DNA of 64,000 nucleotides from Ignisphaera sp. (GTDB lineage: Archaea; Thermoproteota; Thermoprotei_A; Sulfolobales; Ignisphaeraceae): NCBI GenBank assembly GCA_038821645.1, contig JAWBDT010000004.1, positions 46,927 to 110,926 of the forward strand, given 5' to 3'. The translations under genes and the position numbers were made by a program. Positions 60,581-64,000 of the stretch are shown here, piece after piece; positions within the stretch are counted from its first letter, which is position 1; each line of letters begins with the position of its first letter. The notes beneath the pieces are model-generated. The model saw only the letters and a list, made by a program, of their open reading frames with translations. It ran no database searches and had not been told where the DNA came from.

Positions 60581-61660
60581 ATGGTTAAAAGTAGAAGACT
60601 GCTTAAATTTGTAGGTATTAGGGTGGTTTCCGTAGCTTTTTCTGTTGTTATAGCTATTCTTCTCACAATAGTAATTGCAAACCTTGGGGGAAAAGTAGAT
60701 GAAATTGTTAAAGCTGAGGCAGAGTTCTACATCTGGGATGCAATAAATAGGAATCCTGCACTAAGAAGTTTAAGCGAAGAAGAAAGAGCTAACCTTGCTA
60801 AACAATTCATCGAGAACGAGCTTAGAGCTAGAGGGCTAGATAAACCTTTTGCTGTAAGAATCTTTATATACTTAAAAGATGCTTTATCGCTCAACCTAGG
60901 TAGATCAATGCATATAACAAGTAACTCTGGTTCTAGACAAGTTAGAATAATAATTGGGGAGAGGATCCCACCTACAGTTCTTCTCTTTACAACCGCGAAC
61001 CTCTTAATATTCTTCATAGAGCTATTTGGAGGACTTTACCTCTCCCGAAAATACGGTTCTCTACTAGATAAACTAATTATAGCTTTAGCACCTCTATCAT
61101 CTATGCCTGGCTGGTTCTACGGAATATTCATGATACTAATTTTCGCTGCATGGCTACGTATACTTCCATGGGGAGGAATGGTTGATGCTCCACCTCCCCA
61201 AGACCCACTTATGTATGCTTTAAGCGTCCTTAAACACATGGTGCTTCCTATAATCTCTTGGCTTATAGCGTACGTCCCCATAGGCATATACAACATGAGG
61301 ACATTCTTTCTTATGTTCTCTACGGAGGAATATGTTGAATACGCTAGAGTAAGAGGTGTTCCTGGTAGAATTATAGAGAGAAGGTATATTTTAAGACCAA
61401 CGCTTCCCCCAATAGTAACAAACTTTGTCCTAGTCCTCATATCTTCATGGATGGGGGCAATTGTTACAGAGAGTATATTTAATTGGCCTGGTCTAGGGAA
61501 ACTTCTCTATACTGCTATAAACCCTGCTAATCCAGATCCCCCTGTGGTTATAGGAGTTGTAACTATATATGCATATCTTCTTGGTGTAAGCGTTATAGCT
61601 CTTGATATTGCCTACGCATTAATAGATCCACGTATAAGAGTAGAAGGGCTAGGTGGATAG
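60581..61660 (+). CDS. oppB: ABC permease OppB/DppB
   Basis: GLDKP, LGRS, YV.YAR.RG, ESIFNWPGLG, D..YA.IDPRIR. Confidence 0.92.
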   Translation: MVKSRRLLKFVGIRVVSVAFSVVIAILLTIVIANLGGKVDEIVKAEAEFYIWDAINRNPALRSLSEEERANLAKQFIENELRARGLDKPFAVRIFIYLKDALSLNLGRSMHITSNSGSRQVRIIIGERIPPTVLLFTTANLLIFFIELFGGLYLSRKYGSLLDKLIIALAPLSSMPGWFYGIFMILIFAAWLRILPWGGMVDAPPPQDPLMYALSVLKHMVLPIISWLIAYVPIGIYNMRTFFLMFSTEEYVEYARVRGVPGRIIERRYILRPTLPPIVTNFVLVLISSWMGAIVTESIFNWPGLGKLLYTAINPANPDPPVVIGVVTIYAYLLGVSVIALDIAYALIDPRIRVEGLGG

Positions 61661-63089
61661 AATGTCATTAAACAAAAGAGCTATACAGATACTAAGACCA
61701 TTAATACGATATAAATCGTTCCTTATTGGTTTAGTTATTTTAGTGTTTATGGTAGGTTTATCTATATATGCAACAATAGCTTATCCTTATGATAGAACCA
61801 TCAAGATTTGGTACGATTTTAGAGCATGGGAGGATTATCCACGGTTAGCTAGACCTGCATGGATTAAACTTTTTACAGGGTTAAACGAACTCGAAGGAAC
61901 AATAACACTAGATAGCAGATTAGCTAGAGGTGGTTTTGTTAAAACACGTACACCTATAGTTTATGGAGGCGAAGTTAAGGGTATTTACATAATCTTAGAG
62001 TCTTCCTTTAGATATAACTACGATGTTTTGCCAAGCCAAATAGTTAGATGGCTGTATGTAAACTCGACAAAACCTGTGTATATTGTTATTGAGTGGATTA
62101 AACCCGATGGTACAGCTATAAACGTATCAAAGTTAATGCTTAATCAGGGAGAATACTATGCTGATTTATCAGGAGAAGGTCTTGATTTTGTGCTAGAGTA
62201 TTCTAAATACATAACCTTGAAACTAGGTGAATCTCCAAAGTATCTTTTAGATGGAATTATTGTGTTGATGGGAAAAGAAGATAAAAGTATCCTCTATAGA
62301 AACACCGTGACTCCTTCTAAGGGTACATACAGAGTTGTTGTGAGAGCTGAATCCAGCGATGTTAACGCTAACGTAGATATAAAAATAAATATCTATGGAA
62401 CTCTCTATGGTATTGCTGGAACAGATGATCGTAGAAGGGATTTGTTCATAGCTATTGCCTGGGGTGCGCCGCTAGCACTAGGGTTTGGTCTTGTAGCTTC
62501 AGTACTTACAACCTTTATTCAGATGTTTGTTGCAGCTCTAAGTGCTTGGTATGGAGGAGAAGTTGATATGGTTATACAGAGGGTCAACGAAATATTTATG
62601 GTGTTACCGTTTCTACCTATAGTTGCAATGATAGCGCTTTTCTATAGACTTACGATATGGTCTCTGCTAGCTGTAGTAGTAGCGCTTGGTATATGGGGTG
62701 GTAGTCTAAAGACTTTTAGGGCTATGTTTCTACAGATTAAAGAGATGCCATATATAGAAGCTGCTAGAGCTTATGGTGCAGGAAGTATGAGGATAATAAT
62801 TCGGTACATGCTTCCAAGAGCTTTACCCGTTATTATACCGACAATTGTTATAGCAACTCCTTCGTATGTGTTTTTAGAAGCTGCATTAGCTCTCCTAGGT
62901 CTCTCTGACCCTACATCTATAACCTGGGGTAAGGTTCTTGAGGAAGCATACGCTGGTGCAGCTATGTATAGAGGCTATTATCACTGGATCTTGTTTCCCT
63001 CCGTAATGCTAGTCCTAATATCAATAGCCTTTGCTTCAATAGGCTTTACGCTAGACAGAATATTCAATCCTAGACTAAAAGAGATGTAG
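61653..63089 (+). CDS. oppC: ABC permease OppC/DppC with extracellular insertion
   Basis: GTDDRRRD, YIEAARAYGA (EAA motif), EAAL..LGL, WG..L, NPRL. Confidence 0.92.
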   Translation: MDRMSLNKRAIQILRPLIRYKSFLIGLVILVFMVGLSIYATIAYPYDRTIKIWYDFRAWEDYPRLARPAWIKLFTGLNELEGTITLDSRLARGGFVKTRTPIVYGGEVKGIYIILESSFRYNYDVLPSQIVRWLYVNSTKPVYIVIEWIKPDGTAINVSKLMLNQGEYYADLSGEGLDFVLEYSKYITLKLGESPKYLLDGIIVLMGKEDKSILYRNTVTPSKGTYRVVVRAESSDVNANVDIKINIYGTLYGIAGTDDRRRDLFIAIAWGAPLALGFGLVASVLTTFIQMFVAALSAWYGGEVDMVIQRVNEIFMVLPFLPIVAMIALFYRLTIWSLLAVVVALGIWGGSLKTFRAMFLQIKEMPYIEAARAYGAGSMRIIIRYMLPRALPVIIPTIVIATPSYVFLEAALALLGLSDPTSITWGKVLEEAYAGAAMYRGYYHWILFPSVMLVLISIAFASIGFTLDRIFNPRLKEM

Positions 63090-63105
63090 ACTTTGTGTGA
63101 AAGCT

Positions 63106-64000
63106 ATGAGTGAAGTACTAGAGGTTAAAAATCTAAAGCTTTACTATAGAACTTTAGCTGGTATTGTTAGAGCAGTTGATGAAGTTAGCTTTACTTTGAG
63201 AGAAAGAGAGACCTTAGCAATAATTGGGGAATCTGGTTGCGGTAAAACAAGTCTATCTAGAGCTCTTATAAGATTCTTACCTAGAAATGTATACGAGTTC
63301 TCAGGTAGTATAAGGCTAGACGGCATCGAGGTTATGAAGTTAAGTGATGCGGAATTTGATAAACAGATAAGATGGAAGAAAATAGCCTATGTAACTCAAG
63401 CCGCAATAAACTCGCTGAACCCTGTTATAAAAGTTGTAGACCATTTGATAGAACCACTAGTTCTACACACAAATATGTCTAAAAATGAGGCTATAGAACG
63501 AGCAAGAGAAGTTATTAAAAAAGTAGGTATTGCAGAAGATTTTCTATGGAGATACCCCTTTGAATTAAGTGGTGGTATGAGGCAAAGAGTTGTTATAGCC
63601 TTGTCTATAATAACGAACCCTAGGGTTGTGATTCTAGATGAACCGACATCAGCTCTAGACGTTATGACGCAAGCCAATATAATGAACTTGTTGAAAGAGC
63701 TTAAAAATACTGAGAATCTATCATTTATATTTATAACACATGATATTGCTGTATCTAGTGAATTAAGCGATAAAGTTGCTGTTATGTATGCAGGTCAAGT
63801 CGTTGAGCTAGGATCTGCAGAGAAAATGTATACAGATCCTCTACATCCGTATAGCAGAGGTCTACTTGATAGTGTTCCTAGGATACACACAGATAAACAA
63901 GTAGTTTTTATTCCTGGAACTCCACCAAGCTTAATTAATCCTCCTTCTGGATGTAGATTCTATCCAAGATGTCCACAAGCAATGCCTATATGTGAAAAGA
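63106..64000 (+). CDS. oppD: ABC ATPase OppD/DppD (partial, runs off window end)
   Basis: Not in the track. MSEVLEVKNL..., GESGCGKT, YPFELSGGMRQR, LDEPTSALD, ITHD, PLHPYS, GCRFYPRC. Confidence 0.92.
   Translation, partial: MSEVLEVKNLKLYYRTLAGIVRAVDEVSFTLRERETLAIIGESGCGKTSLSRALIRFLPRNVYEFSGSIRLDGIEVMKLSDAEFDKQIRWKKIAYVTQAAINSLNPVIKVVDHLIEPLVLHTNMSKNEAIERAREVIKKVGIAEDFLWRYPFELSGGMRQRVVIALSIITNPRVVILDEPTSALDVMTQANIMNLLKELKNTENLSFIFITHDIAVSSELSDKVAVMYAGQVVELGSAEKMYTDPLHPYSRGLLDSVPRIHTDKQVVFIPGTPPSLINPPSGCRFYPRCPQAMPICEK

Noticed and set aside
1-64000. CRISPR array, IS elements, and the many short antisense ORFs in the track
   Set aside because: No regularly spaced repeats or transposase motifs; the short ORFs overlap well-supported genes on the other strand or frame.

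Overview
AT-rich (low-GC) archaeal chromosome segment. The gene content (TBP, HerA/NurA, IorAB, JAMM protease, KaiC-like ATPases, TtuA), GGTGA Shine-Dalgarno motifs and box C/D sRNAs point to a hyperthermophilic crenarchaeon, probably Desulfurococcales or Ignisphaera-like (inference). It holds about 60 CDS, one tRNA-Val(GAC), three box C/D guide sRNAs and one K-turn/ACA RNA with 20 nt complementary to 16S rRNA. No CRISPR array, transposase or integrase was seen. Main findings: (1) two convergent paaK paralogs flank iorAB and share three collinear, perfectly identical inverted blocks (102, 71 and 278 bp), suggesting an invertible or shuffling locus or ongoing gene conversion; (2) a SipW-type signal peptidase sits next to a TasA/AbpA-like secreted protein, and the peptidase is frameshifted at an A6 run; (3) an extra herA-nurA pair is followed by an HD nuclease, in addition to a canonical-looking nurA-herA pair lacking adjacent mre11/rad50; (4) an atypical H/ACA-like RNA; (5) an identical 71-bp tract shared by two KaiC-like genes 37 kb apart. 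All product calls come from motif recognition, not database searches.
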